Position numbers and translations under genes: made by a program. Under the pieces are notes generated by a model, which did no database searches, was not told the DNA's origin, and saw nothing but the letters and a program-made list of their open reading frames with translations. A stretch of 64,000 nucleotides of DNA, from assembly GCA_011050465.1 (NCBI GenBank), contig DRFQ01000009.1, positions 334-64,333 on the forward strand, read 5' to 3'. Origin of the DNA: Candidatus Nealsonbacteria bacterium. GTDB taxonomy: Bacteria > Patescibacteriota > Minisyncoccia > Minisyncoccales > RBG-13-36-15. Shown piece after piece: positions 19,561 through 27,664 of this stretch. Position 1 is the stretch's first letter. Every line of letters begins with the position of its first letter.

Positions 19561-20277
19561 ATGGAGATTCTTCAGAATGCGGGTTCTCACCGAATTTTAG
19601 CAATTATGGCGGGGTCAGCCGGAGAAAGTCCTCTTGAGTTAATTGAACTTGCCGGTCGAACCTCATATCAGTCCAGAAATAGGATAACCAAGGGATCTGC
19701 GACTAAGTTTGTACGGATGTTGCGAAAGATTGGCCATGAAAGCGTTCTTGAACATTCATCAATGACTGTCGAATTTAATAATGTCTCGAGGGGTTTTACC
19801 CACGAATTGGTGCGTCATCGATTGGTGGCTTACACCCAAGAGTCGACCCGCCGGGTGGACGAAAGTGATTTCGGGGTGGTTATTCCGCCGGATAGAGATC
19901 CCGATGAGAAATTGGTGACATTACAGATATTCGACCAGATAGGAGTAGTATCCATTCCTCATATATTTACTGTTTCTTTTGGTGAATGGATGAAATTAAA
20001 TGAACAGATGTACCGTGGTTTGAGGAAAGCAAGCTGGAAACCAGAAGATGCAAGACAAGTCTTGCCTATTGGCATAAAATCTCAAATCGTGGATACCTGT
20101 AATTTGAGGGAATGGCGGCATATCTTCAGGTTGAGATGTGCCAAGGATGCCCATTGGGAGATTAGACGAGTGATGGTTAATCTCTTGCGGGAAGTTCAAA
20201 AAAGAATACCGGTAATTTTCGATGATTTTGTTATCGCAAAAGATGGAAAAAGCGCCATACTGAGAGGAGGGGATTAA
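19561..20277 (+). CDS. thyX: ThyX-like flavin-dependent thymidylate synthase, copy 2
   Basis: RHRLVAYTQESTRRV is close to the ThyX motif but has Ala at the first Ser position. HWEIRR is shared with copy 1 (EWEIRR). Confidence 0.65.
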   Translation: MEILQNAGSHRILAIMAGSAGESPLELIELAGRTSYQSRNRITKGSATKFVRMLRKIGHESVLEHSSMTVEFNNVSRGFTHELVRHRLVAYTQESTRRVDESDFGVVIPPDRDPDEKLVTLQIFDQIGVVSIPHIFTVSFGEWMKLNEQMYRGLRKASWKPEDARQVLPIGIKSQIVDTCNLREWRHIFRLRCAKDAHWEIRRVMVNLLREVQKRIPVIFDDFVIAKDGKSAILRGGD

Positions 20278-20549
20278 TGGATACGTTTAAAGGCAGTCCC
20301 CAAGACACAGCTTTCCAGGAATGGTGTAATCGTTTAATAAGAAACAAGAGAATGATAGTAGCGGTTGCGACAGATGAGATTTCTTGCTATAAGGCCAGGA
20401 CAACTCTAAAAGAAGTATCTTCTTTTCAATTTTCTCATACCTTAGAAAACCTTAAGGAGGCAGTAGTTCATGTGACTACTTGCTGGGATCAGGGATGTAA
20501 GGTAATCTTTTCCCGATTTCTAGAAGGTAAGCAGTTGAAAGTCTCCTGA
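20277..20549 (+). CDS. Hypothetical protein (90 aa), translationally coupled to thyX copy 2
   Basis: TAATG overlap with the upstream gene. No recognisable motif. Confidence 0.4.
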   Translation: MDTFKGSPQDTAFQEWCNRLIRNKRMIVAVATDEISCYKARTTLKEVSSFQFSHTLENLKEAVVHVTTCWDQGCKVIFSRFLEGKQLKVS

Positions 20550-20565
20550 ATTTTTCAGGAGCCAT

Positions 20566-20605
20566 ACCCCGAACTGAGTTTTGCTCTGGTTTGGGGCTTT
20601 TTATT
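20566..20605 (+). terminator. Intrinsic terminator
   Basis: ccccgaac...ggtttgggg stem followed by CTTTTTATTTT. Confidence 0.5.
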
Positions 20606-20634
20606 TTCCTAAAATTTGTTAAGATAAAAAGAAG

Positions 20635-21039
20635 ATGAAAAAAGAGCTATTAATAGTTACAGCAGCGATAATTAAAAGGAGAGGAAGATATTTAATTACT
20701 CAAAGACTCGAAGGGAAACATCTGGCTAAAAAATGGGAATTCCCGGGTGGGGCCATAGAATTTGGAGAAGATCCTAAAAGATGCTTAAAAAGAGAAATTA
20801 AAGAAGAGATAGATATAAATATAAAAGTAGGAAAGTTTTTCGATTATTCTTCCTTTGTTTATGATGATCAAAGACATATAATATTATTGGCTTTTTTATG
20901 TGATTTCCTCTCGGGAAAGATAAAAAATTTCGTTATCAGAGATTATAAATGGATTACGCCCAAAGAGATGACTAATTATGATTTTTGTAAGGCCGACATA
21001 CCATTTATTAAAAAAATACAAAAACATGAACATTGCTAA
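20635..21039 (+). CDS. Nudix hydrolase (MutT/NudG-like)
   Basis: Nudix box GGAIEFGEDPKRCLKREIKEEIDI. Confidence 0.85.
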   Translation: MKKELLIVTAAIIKRRGRYLITQRLEGKHLAKKWEFPGGAIEFGEDPKRCLKREIKEEIDINIKVGKFFDYSSFVYDDQRHIILLAFLCDFLSGKIKNFVIRDYKWITPKEMTNYDFCKADIPFIKKIQKHEHC

Positions 21040-21682
21040 AATTATCGATCATACTAATATAAGGCCCGAGGCCACCGAAGAAGATATAAAGAAAACCTGC
21101 CAGGAAGCTAAAAAATATGGCTTTCGGGGAGTCTGTATTAATCCAGAATGGATAAAATTGGTCAGCGAAGAATTGAAAGGAACAGACATTAAGACCATTG
21201 TTTTGATTGATTCACCAATTGGTGATAGTCCGTATCCAGAAAGATTAAAAATTTGTCAAAAAGCTAAAACTGAGGGAGCTGATGAGTTGGATATCGTAAT
21301 TAATGTCCCCGCTGTAAAACACGAGAGATATGGCGAGATTTTAGAAGATTTGAAAGAAATTTCAAAAATTTTACCCACCAAAGTAATTATTGGTTCCGGG
21401 TATTTAACAGACCAAGAGATAAGAAAGGCTTCAGAAATTGTTAAAGAGGCGGGAGCTGTTTGCGTTAAAACTTCAACAGCTAAAGATCCTTTGGATCAGC
21501 TTGAATTAAAAGAAAAAGCAAAACACCTAAAAATAATGAGAGAGTCTGCTCCTGGCCTCGAAATTAAAGCTGCCGGAAACATTAGGAACCATCAAGACCT
21601 CAAAATGATGGTAGAAGCCGGCGCGGACATTATCGGAACAAGTTCGGGAATAGAGATTATTAGAGAAGCTAAAGAAGAATAA
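21026..21682 (+). CDS. deoC: Deoxyribose-phosphate aldolase
   Basis: IIDHTNIRPEAT, GVCINP, ADELDIVIN and CVKTSTA (Schiff-base Lys region). ATG 21026 (MNIAKIIDHT) is preferred over the track start 20978. Confidence 0.8.
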   Translation: MNIAKIIDHTNIRPEATEEDIKKTCQEAKKYGFRGVCINPEWIKLVSEELKGTDIKTIVLIDSPIGDSPYPERLKICQKAKTEGADELDIVINVPAVKHERYGEILEDLKEISKILPTKVIIGSGYLTDQEIRKASEIVKEAGAVCVKTSTAKDPLDQLELKEKAKHLKIMRESAPGLEIKAAGNIRNHQDLKMMVEAGADIIGTSSGIEIIREAKEE

Positions 21683-21684
21683 TT

Positions 21685-23235
21685 ATGACCTATACGCCAA
21701 TAGTTGGCCTGGAAATTCATGTTGAGCTGAAGACTCGATCAAAGATGTTTTGCGGTTGCGCGAATGATCAAAACGAAAAACATCCTAATAATAATATTTG
21801 CCCGATTTGCATGGGGCATCCCGGTACCCTGCCGGTGATTAACCGAGAAGCAGTTAGAAAAGTAATAAAAACAGGTCTTGCTTTACATTGCCAAATTTTA
21901 GAAAATTCTAAATTTGACCGGAAAAATTATTTTTATCCAGACTTACCCAAAGGATATCAAATTTCTCAATATAATCTTCCTCTTTGTAAAGAAGGCTATC
22001 TCCAAGTGACCCTAGGCAATTTCATCCCGCCCCGTTTACAAGAGGGGCGAGGCAGGCAATCGAAAGTCAGAATTAGAAGAATTCATTTAGAGGAAGATAC
22101 TGGAAAACTTTTACATCCAGAAGGCACTGATTATTCTTTGGTCGATTTTAATAGAGCTGGCATTCCTTTAATGGAATTGGTGACTGAACCCGATATAAGA
22201 TCAGCAAAAGAAGCCAGGAGGTTTTCAGAAGAATTGAGATTAATTTTAAGATATTTAGGAGTCTCTGATGTTAATATGGAAAAGGGGCAGATGAGAGTAG
22301 AAGTTAATTTAAGCCTACTCCCGGCCGAAAAAGCAAAACAAAGAATAAAAAGCGATAAAGAATTAGGAACAAAAGTAGAAATTAAAAATTTGAACTCATT
22401 TCGGGCAGTAGAAGGAGCCCTAAAGTATGAAACTAAGAGGCAGACTGAAGTTTTAGAATCTGGCAAGAAAGTTATTCAAGAAACGCGGGGTTGGTCCAAA
22501 AGCAGAGGAGTAACATTATCTCAGAGAGAGAAAGAGGAGGCTTATGATTACCGATATTTTCCAGAGCCCGACTTACCCCCTCTTCATATTACAGGGAAAG
22601 AAATTTCAGAGATTAAATCAGAGATTCCCGAGCTTCCTCAACAAAAAAGAGAAAGATTTGCCAAAGAATATAATTTGGACGAGAGAGATGTAGAAGTTTT
22701 TGTTCAAAACAAAGACCTTGGCGCATATTTTGAGAAAGTTATATCGGAACTTAAGGATTGGATAAAGTCGATAGAACTTAAAACCAAACTATCTGATAGA
22801 GAAATCAAGAGATTCGTTAAGTTAGCGGCAAATTATGTATTGACGGATCTTCAAAGGCTTTTAAAAAAGGCTTCGGTGGCGGGTGATGATTTTCCAATTA
22901 CCCCAGAGAATTTCGCTGAGTTTATAGCTTTGATTTATGAAGGAAAAATATCAAGCAAAATTGCCAAGCAGGTTCTTTTAGAAATGTTTAAAACAGGAGC
23001 CGATCCATCCCATATTATTAAAGAGAAAAAACTTAGCTTAATTACTGATGAATCAGAGATTGAGAAAATTATAAAAAACGTTTTAAATAAAAATCAGACG
23101 GCAATTAATGATTTCAAGGATGGCAAAGGAAACGCTTTACAATTTTTAGTTGGTCAGGTAATGCAGGAGACAAGGGGCCGGGCTAATCCCCAAACAGTAA
23201 AAGATATTTTAGAAAAAGAGTTGACAAAAACTTAA
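21685..23235 (+). CDS. gatB: Asp/Glu-tRNA amidotransferase subunit B
   Basis: GLEIHVELKT, CPICMGHPGTLP, IHLEEDTGK and a C-terminal YqeY-like tail. A GC-rich in-frame insert lies at about 22022-22060. Confidence 0.93.
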   Translation: MTYTPIVGLEIHVELKTRSKMFCGCANDQNEKHPNNNICPICMGHPGTLPVINREAVRKVIKTGLALHCQILENSKFDRKNYFYPDLPKGYQISQYNLPLCKEGYLQVTLGNFIPPRLQEGRGRQSKVRIRRIHLEEDTGKLLHPEGTDYSLVDFNRAGIPLMELVTEPDIRSAKEARRFSEELRLILRYLGVSDVNMEKGQMRVEVNLSLLPAEKAKQRIKSDKELGTKVEIKNLNSFRAVEGALKYETKRQTEVLESGKKVIQETRGWSKSRGVTLSQREKEEAYDYRYFPEPDLPPLHITGKEISEIKSEIPELPQQKRERFAKEYNLDERDVEVFVQNKDLGAYFEKVISELKDWIKSIELKTKLSDREIKRFVKLAANYVLTDLQRLLKKASVAGDDFPITPENFAEFIALIYEGKISSKIAKQVLLEMFKTGADPSHIIKEKKLSLITDESEIEKIIKNVLNKNQTAINDFKDGKGNALQFLVGQVMQETRGRANPQTVKDILEKELTKT

Positions 23236-23293
23236 TAAGATTTATACTAATTTTAGTACTCTGACTTGAACCTTAACAAAAGGAGGGGGGGGC

Positions 23294-23530
23294 ATGCTCA
23301 TCTGTCCGCGTAACGGAGAAAGACAAGTGATGGTTGATTATGATTATTTTACCTGTCTGACGTGTGGTTGGTCTGCACATGAAGATCAAGTAATGATTGA
23401 GGGAGATAAGATAATTGTTTGTGAGAATCCATTACTTATTCAAGAAAAAAATAACAACCAACAGAAGGTTTCAGCTGAACCAAAGAGAGCTAGACAAAGC
23501 AATCCTCGACATGGTAAATATCCGTTGTAG
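23294..23530 (+). CDS. Hypothetical small Cys-containing protein (possible zinc ribbon)
   Basis: A strong SD (AAGGAGGGGGG) lies upstream. CPRNG...CLTCG pattern. GC-richer than its neighbours. Confidence 0.4.
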   Translation: MLICPRNGERQVMVDYDYFTCLTCGWSAHEDQVMIEGDKIIVCENPLLIQEKNNNQQKVSAEPKRARQSNPRHGKYPL

Positions 23531-23572
23531 GAGAGGAAAACGGATAAGGTTCTCTCGAAAGGAGGAAGGACA

Positions 23573-23821
23573 ATGAGAGAGACAGTGATCAATGATGAAG
23601 GGATTTGGAGGGATGAGCCGCCGTTGTTCGGATCACCGCGCTATCCCATTCTATTTCCTTTTGTTATTTTTTGGGTTTCGGTAGCCGAGAGCTTCGTCGC
23701 CTGGGCAGCTTTGTTTGGGCATTGGCGAGTAAGACAGACGGAAATTCTCTTTGGCTCTTGCCGCCCAGGGAGTATGGAACAAGACCTTGATGCCGTAGAT
23801 GATTTGGTAAGCCGATTCTAA
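23573..23821 (+). CDS. Hypothetical small membrane protein
   Basis: SD AAGGAGGAAGG lies upstream. One hydrophobic helix (YPILFPFVIFWVSVAESFVAWAALF). GC-rich. The coding status is uncertain. Confidence 0.35.
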   Translation: MRETVINDEGIWRDEPPLFGSPRYPILFPFVIFWVSVAESFVAWAALFGHWRVRQTEILFGSCRPGSMEQDLDAVDDLVSRF

Positions 23822-23851
23822 AGATAGACGTTCTCGGAAGAAGCACATTGG

Positions 23852-23888
23852 AATAAGAGGTCCCCTAGGGATCTCTTATTTATTTTTT
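23852..23888 (+). terminator. Hairpin terminator between convergent genes
   Basis: aataagag-gtcccctagggat-ctcttatt followed by a T-run. It overlaps the miaA stop codon. Confidence 0.5.
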
Positions 23889-24794
23889 CAGAAATTCTTC
23901 AATTAATCTTTCTGCTTCTTCTAATTTTTCCAACCAATGGATTCTCTTGTCTTTTTTGAACCAAGTCATTTGACGTTTGGCAAAATGTTCAATTTCTTTC
24001 TCTAATCTTTTTAGCATCTGCTGATAATCTAATTTCCTCTGTAGATATAAAGATATGTATCTATATTCCAGACCAAATTCTTCTAATCTTCTCCAGGAAA
24101 GACCGGCCTTTTTCAGCCTTCTAGTTTCAGCTATCATTCCTTGTTTTAATCTCTTCAATAGCCTTTTTTTAATTAATTTTTTTATTTCTTGAGAGGACTT
24201 TTTAATCCCAATAATTAAAATCTCAAATTGAGGAGGTTTTTTCAATAGAGGCGGTACGGGTTTTTCTGTTTTAACTAAAATTTCCAACGCTCTAATTAGC
24301 TTTCTTTTATTTTGTCTGTCAATATTTCTGGCTCTCTGTGGGTCTATTTTTTTTAACAGTCCAAAGAGATCTTTGGCTTCTTCCTTTTCCAATTTTTTTC
24401 TTAATTTCCAATCAGGTTTTACTCTAGGTATCGAAATTTGATCAACGATAGCCTGAATATAGAATCCTGCCCCCCCAACCAAAAATGGATTTTTTCTCTT
24501 CTTTAAGATTTTTTTGATTGCACTCTGAGCTAATTTTTGATATTGAACGACTGTAAATCTTTTTTTTGGATAAGCAACATCCAAAAGATAATGGGGAATA
24601 CCTTTCATTTCTTTTTTCGTTATTTTTCCTGTACCAATATCCATTCCTCGATAAATCTGTCGGGAATCAGCAGAGACAACTTCGCCGTTGAACTTTTTGG
24701 CCAGCTCTATTGCCCAATGACTTTTTCCAGAAGCCGTTGGTCCCAGAATAACTATCAATTTATTTTTCATATCATTTCTCCTTTTAACCTCCAA
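23880..24794 (-). CDS. miaA: tRNA dimethylallyltransferase
   Basis: P-loop GPTASGKS, SADSRQIYRGMDIGTGK and GGAGFY. Confidence 0.92.
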   Translation of the reverse strand: MEVKRRNDMKNKLIVILGPTASGKSHWAIELAKKFNGEVVSADSRQIYRGMDIGTGKITKKEMKGIPHYLLDVAYPKKRFTVVQYQKLAQSAIKKILKKRKNPFLVGGAGFYIQAIVDQISIPRVKPDWKLRKKLEKEEAKDLFGLLKKIDPQRARNIDRQNKRKLIRALEILVKTEKPVPPLLKKPPQFEILIIGIKKSSQEIKKLIKKRLLKRLKQGMIAETRRLKKAGLSWRRLEEFGLEYRYISLYLQRKLDYQQMLKRLEKEIEHFAKRQMTWFKKDKRIHWLEKLEEAERLIEEFLKK

Positions 24795-26095
24795 GGAAAC
24801 GCATCAACAATTTTTATTTTAGTGAATTTGCCGATTAGGTTTTTTGGACCTTTAAATTCTATAGTTTTATAGTTCCGTGTTTTTCCATATAAATATCCGT
24901 GCCTGTCCCGCACCGAACCTGCCTGCCCCACACTTCTGGTGCGGGGTCGTTCCGTTTCTATTAATACATCTAATGTTTTTCCAAGGTATTTTTTATTTTT
25001 CTCTAAGGCAGTTTTTCTCAAAATATTGGTCAAAATCTTCCACCTTCTTTCTTTTTCTAAGCGAGGGATATCATCTTTGAAATTAGCAGCTTTTGTTCCT
25101 GACCTTGGAGAATATTGAGAGATATAAGCCATATCATATTTTATTTCTTTAAAAAGCTTAACTGTATTCTCAAATGCTTTTTCTTTCTCTCCCGGGAAAC
25201 CAATAATAACATCGGTAGATAGAGTAATATTAGGAATTTTTTTTCGGATTTTCCTAATTATATTTTTGTATATTTCCATAGTATATGGTCGGTTCATTTT
25301 TTTTAGAATTTCATCATCACCGGACTGGACAGGTAAATTTAAATATTCAGTCACTTTTTCGCAACTGGCCATAATATTGATTAATTCTGCCGAGAAGTCT
25401 TTGGGGTGAGAGCTGGTAAAGCGAATCCAAAAATCGCCCCCAATATCATTTACCATATTCAAAAGTTTCGGAAAATTAGCCCCTTTAAATTTATAGCTGT
25501 TTACATTTTGCCCTAATAGCCAGATTTCTTTGTATCCTCGTTTAATTAGATTTTGAACCTCGCAAATAATTTCTTTGGCTGGCCGGGAGATTTCGCGACC
25601 TCGAGTATAAGGGACAACGCAAAAAGTGCAGAAATTATTACAGCCTGTCATTATTGGTACGTAGGCAGAAAAATTATCGGAATGTTCGGGTTCAATCCTC
25701 AAATAAGACTCATTCTGTAATGCGCTGTCTTTAATCGTTAAATTGCTAAATTGCTTTATTGTTAAGAGTTTTTCTGGTAATTCTGGTAAATCATTGATAT
25801 CTAAAACTAAATTGAAATTCTTGGCAAATTTTCCTTTATCTTTTTTCAAGACGCAGCCTGTTATCACAGTCCTTAGCTCAGAATTTTTAGTTTTTAATTT
25901 TTGGAATTTTTTAGTTTGGCCCCAAATTCTATCAATAGCTGACTGCCTGACCGAGCAAGCATTAACCAGGATTAAATCGGCCTCATTCATATTTAAAGCT
26001 GGCTGATATTTAATATTTTCCAAAACAGTAGCAATTCTCTCACTATCTGAATGATTCATCTGGCATCCGAATGTAATAATCCAATATTTTTTCAT
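24767..26095 (-). CDS. miaB: tRNA-i6A37 methylthiotransferase (radical SAM)
   Basis: N-terminal FGCQMN, radical-SAM CNNFCTFCVVP and a C-terminal TRAM domain. The start is taken at MKKYWIITFGCQMN; the track ORF extends to 26125. A GC-rich in-frame insert lies at about 24895-24955. Confidence 0.9.
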   Translation of the reverse strand: MKKYWIITFGCQMNHSDSERIATVLENIKYQPALNMNEADLILVNACSVRQSAIDRIWGQTKKFQKLKTKNSELRTVITGCVLKKDKGKFAKNFNLVLDINDLPELPEKLLTIKQFSNLTIKDSALQNESYLRIEPEHSDNFSAYVPIMTGCNNFCTFCVVPYTRGREISRPAKEIICEVQNLIKRGYKEIWLLGQNVNSYKFKGANFPKLLNMVNDIGGDFWIRFTSSHPKDFSAELINIMASCEKVTEYLNLPVQSGDDEILKKMNRPYTMEIYKNIIRKIRKKIPNITLSTDVIIGFPGEKEKAFENTVKLFKEIKYDMAYISQYSPRSGTKAANFKDDIPRLEKERRWKILTNILRKTALEKNKKYLGKTLDVLIETERPRTRSVGQAGSVRDRHGYLYGKTRNYKTIEFKGPKNLIGKFTKIKIVDAFPWRLKGEMI

Positions 26096-26295
26096 AATTT
26101 GTTCATTCTTGCCCCGTAGCTCCACTGAAAGCGGATGGTATCGGGGTGACCGTAAGTGATGATGTGTATTTCATACAAGTCATTCTAAAACAGAAAAGCG
26201 GCCCTTTCAAGACCGTTTTTCTTAAGAACATTGTCCGGTAACCTTACTTGCTCCGCAAGAACAATCAGAACCTGTTTCACAATAAGATTCGCTTT

Positions 26296-27591
26296 TCACC
26301 TCATTATCTCAGGCCTTACTTCAAGAATTTTCCCACATATTCCTCTATGCTCTACCTCTATTCCTGCTATTTTAGCAAAACATCCATTACTGTAAGTGTT
26401 GCCATCTTTACCGCAGACCGGATCCCACAAAGCAATACAAGCTTCCTTTTCAAGAAATGGTGGTACTTCTGGTGCTGGGATGGGTAAGGGTCGAGTTTCC
26501 ACTTCTCCTGGAATTACACATTTTGGAGGCAGGGGACAGCCTTTGACATCTTTTTCAATAATAATTCTTCCTTTCTCACAGGGACCTGGATCAGTCCAGA
26601 CGAATTTAGGACATAGGGGAATACTTGATCTTTCTAATCCCTCTTTTACTTTCTCTAATATATTAACCTTGCTTTCGTCTAATCTTTTCTTTAATTCTAG
26701 GAGCCGGGGTGTTTCAGGGATTGCCCGGATTCCCGATCTAAGATTCTCTAAAATTTCAAGATGTTTTTCTTTTGCTCCAGAGATTTTTTCTAAATATTCT
26801 TTAAATCTCTCTTGATCTTCGGGCGACATTTTTTCTAAATTCCCCTGTAATCTTTTCAGAGAATTTTCCTGAGCCCTTCTTATTGCATCTTTTGCTTCCT
26901 CTGGCACTTTTTCCTCTAATTCTGATAAAATCTCCAGATTCTTAAAGTGCTTAAATTGACTTCCTTTTTGTGCTTCTAAAATATCTGTCAATTTTTCACC
27001 AATTTTTTCTCTTCTATCTTCTAATTTTAACATCACATCCCCGAATTTTTCTAAATGCATTTCTCTGGCTTCTTTTATTTTTTCAAAAGCTTGTTCTGGC
27101 ACTTGATTTTCTAATTTTTGTAAAAGTTTTTGGTGCAAGATTTGCTGGTGAATAAATTTATCTAAGAATTTATCAACTTTCGGATTTTCCTTTGCTTTTT
27201 CTCTTATTTTTTCAGTCTCTGATTTAACTCTTTCTATCTCTTTTTGATAATTACCCGTGGCTCTTTTAATTGCTTCAGGGTTTTTCTTTCTTTCTATCAT
27301 CTTTTTTACTTCTATCAATTTCTCATTGGCAAATCGAGATCTTAATTCAGACTTGGCTACCGAGTTGAAAGTAAGAAGAGATCGAATATCCCTGGCCCAG
27401 TTTTTTAGAAAATACAGAGGGTGATCTGGTAGAATCCGAGGGTCTCCCACGCCTAAATCTTGAGGTTGAATATCTTCGTCAAGATTAACCTCTTCAGTTA
27501 CATCAACAGGCGCTTCTTGGGCGAAAGCGATTGAACCTCCGACAAAGACAAAAAAAGCGCTAATTACTATTATTCCAATCAGTTTAGTCAT
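26296..27591 (-). CDS. Secreted coiled-coil protein (DUF5667-like N-terminal region) with C-terminal Kazal-like Cys-rich domain
   Basis: Signal peptide ending AFAQEA, LPDHPLYFLKNW, a long K/E-rich helical region, and a C-terminal CIALWDPVCGKDGNTYSNGC...HRGIC. Confidence 0.6.
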   Translation of the reverse strand: MTKLIGIIVISAFFVFVGGSIAFAQEAPVDVTEEVNLDEDIQPQDLGVGDPRILPDHPLYFLKNWARDIRSLLTFNSVAKSELRSRFANEKLIEVKKMIERKKNPEAIKRATGNYQKEIERVKSETEKIREKAKENPKVDKFLDKFIHQQILHQKLLQKLENQVPEQAFEKIKEAREMHLEKFGDVMLKLEDRREKIGEKLTDILEAQKGSQFKHFKNLEILSELEEKVPEEAKDAIRRAQENSLKRLQGNLEKMSPEDQERFKEYLEKISGAKEKHLEILENLRSGIRAIPETPRLLELKKRLDESKVNILEKVKEGLERSSIPLCPKFVWTDPGPCEKGRIIIEKDVKGCPLPPKCVIPGEVETRPLPIPAPEVPPFLEKEACIALWDPVCGKDGNTYSNGCFAKIAGIEVEHRGICGKILEVRPEIMR

Positions 27592-27664
27592 ATTAAAACG
27601 TAAATTAGTTTTTAAGATTATTTATTAACTCGACTTTTATTGTATTACAATACAAAATTTAATT

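Noticed and set aside
22015-22061. AGGCAAT direct repeat flanking the gatB insert, considered as a target-site duplication
   Set aside because: The two copies are 40 nt apart. An insertion of that length would break the reading frame, which is intact. The repeat is probably coincidental.
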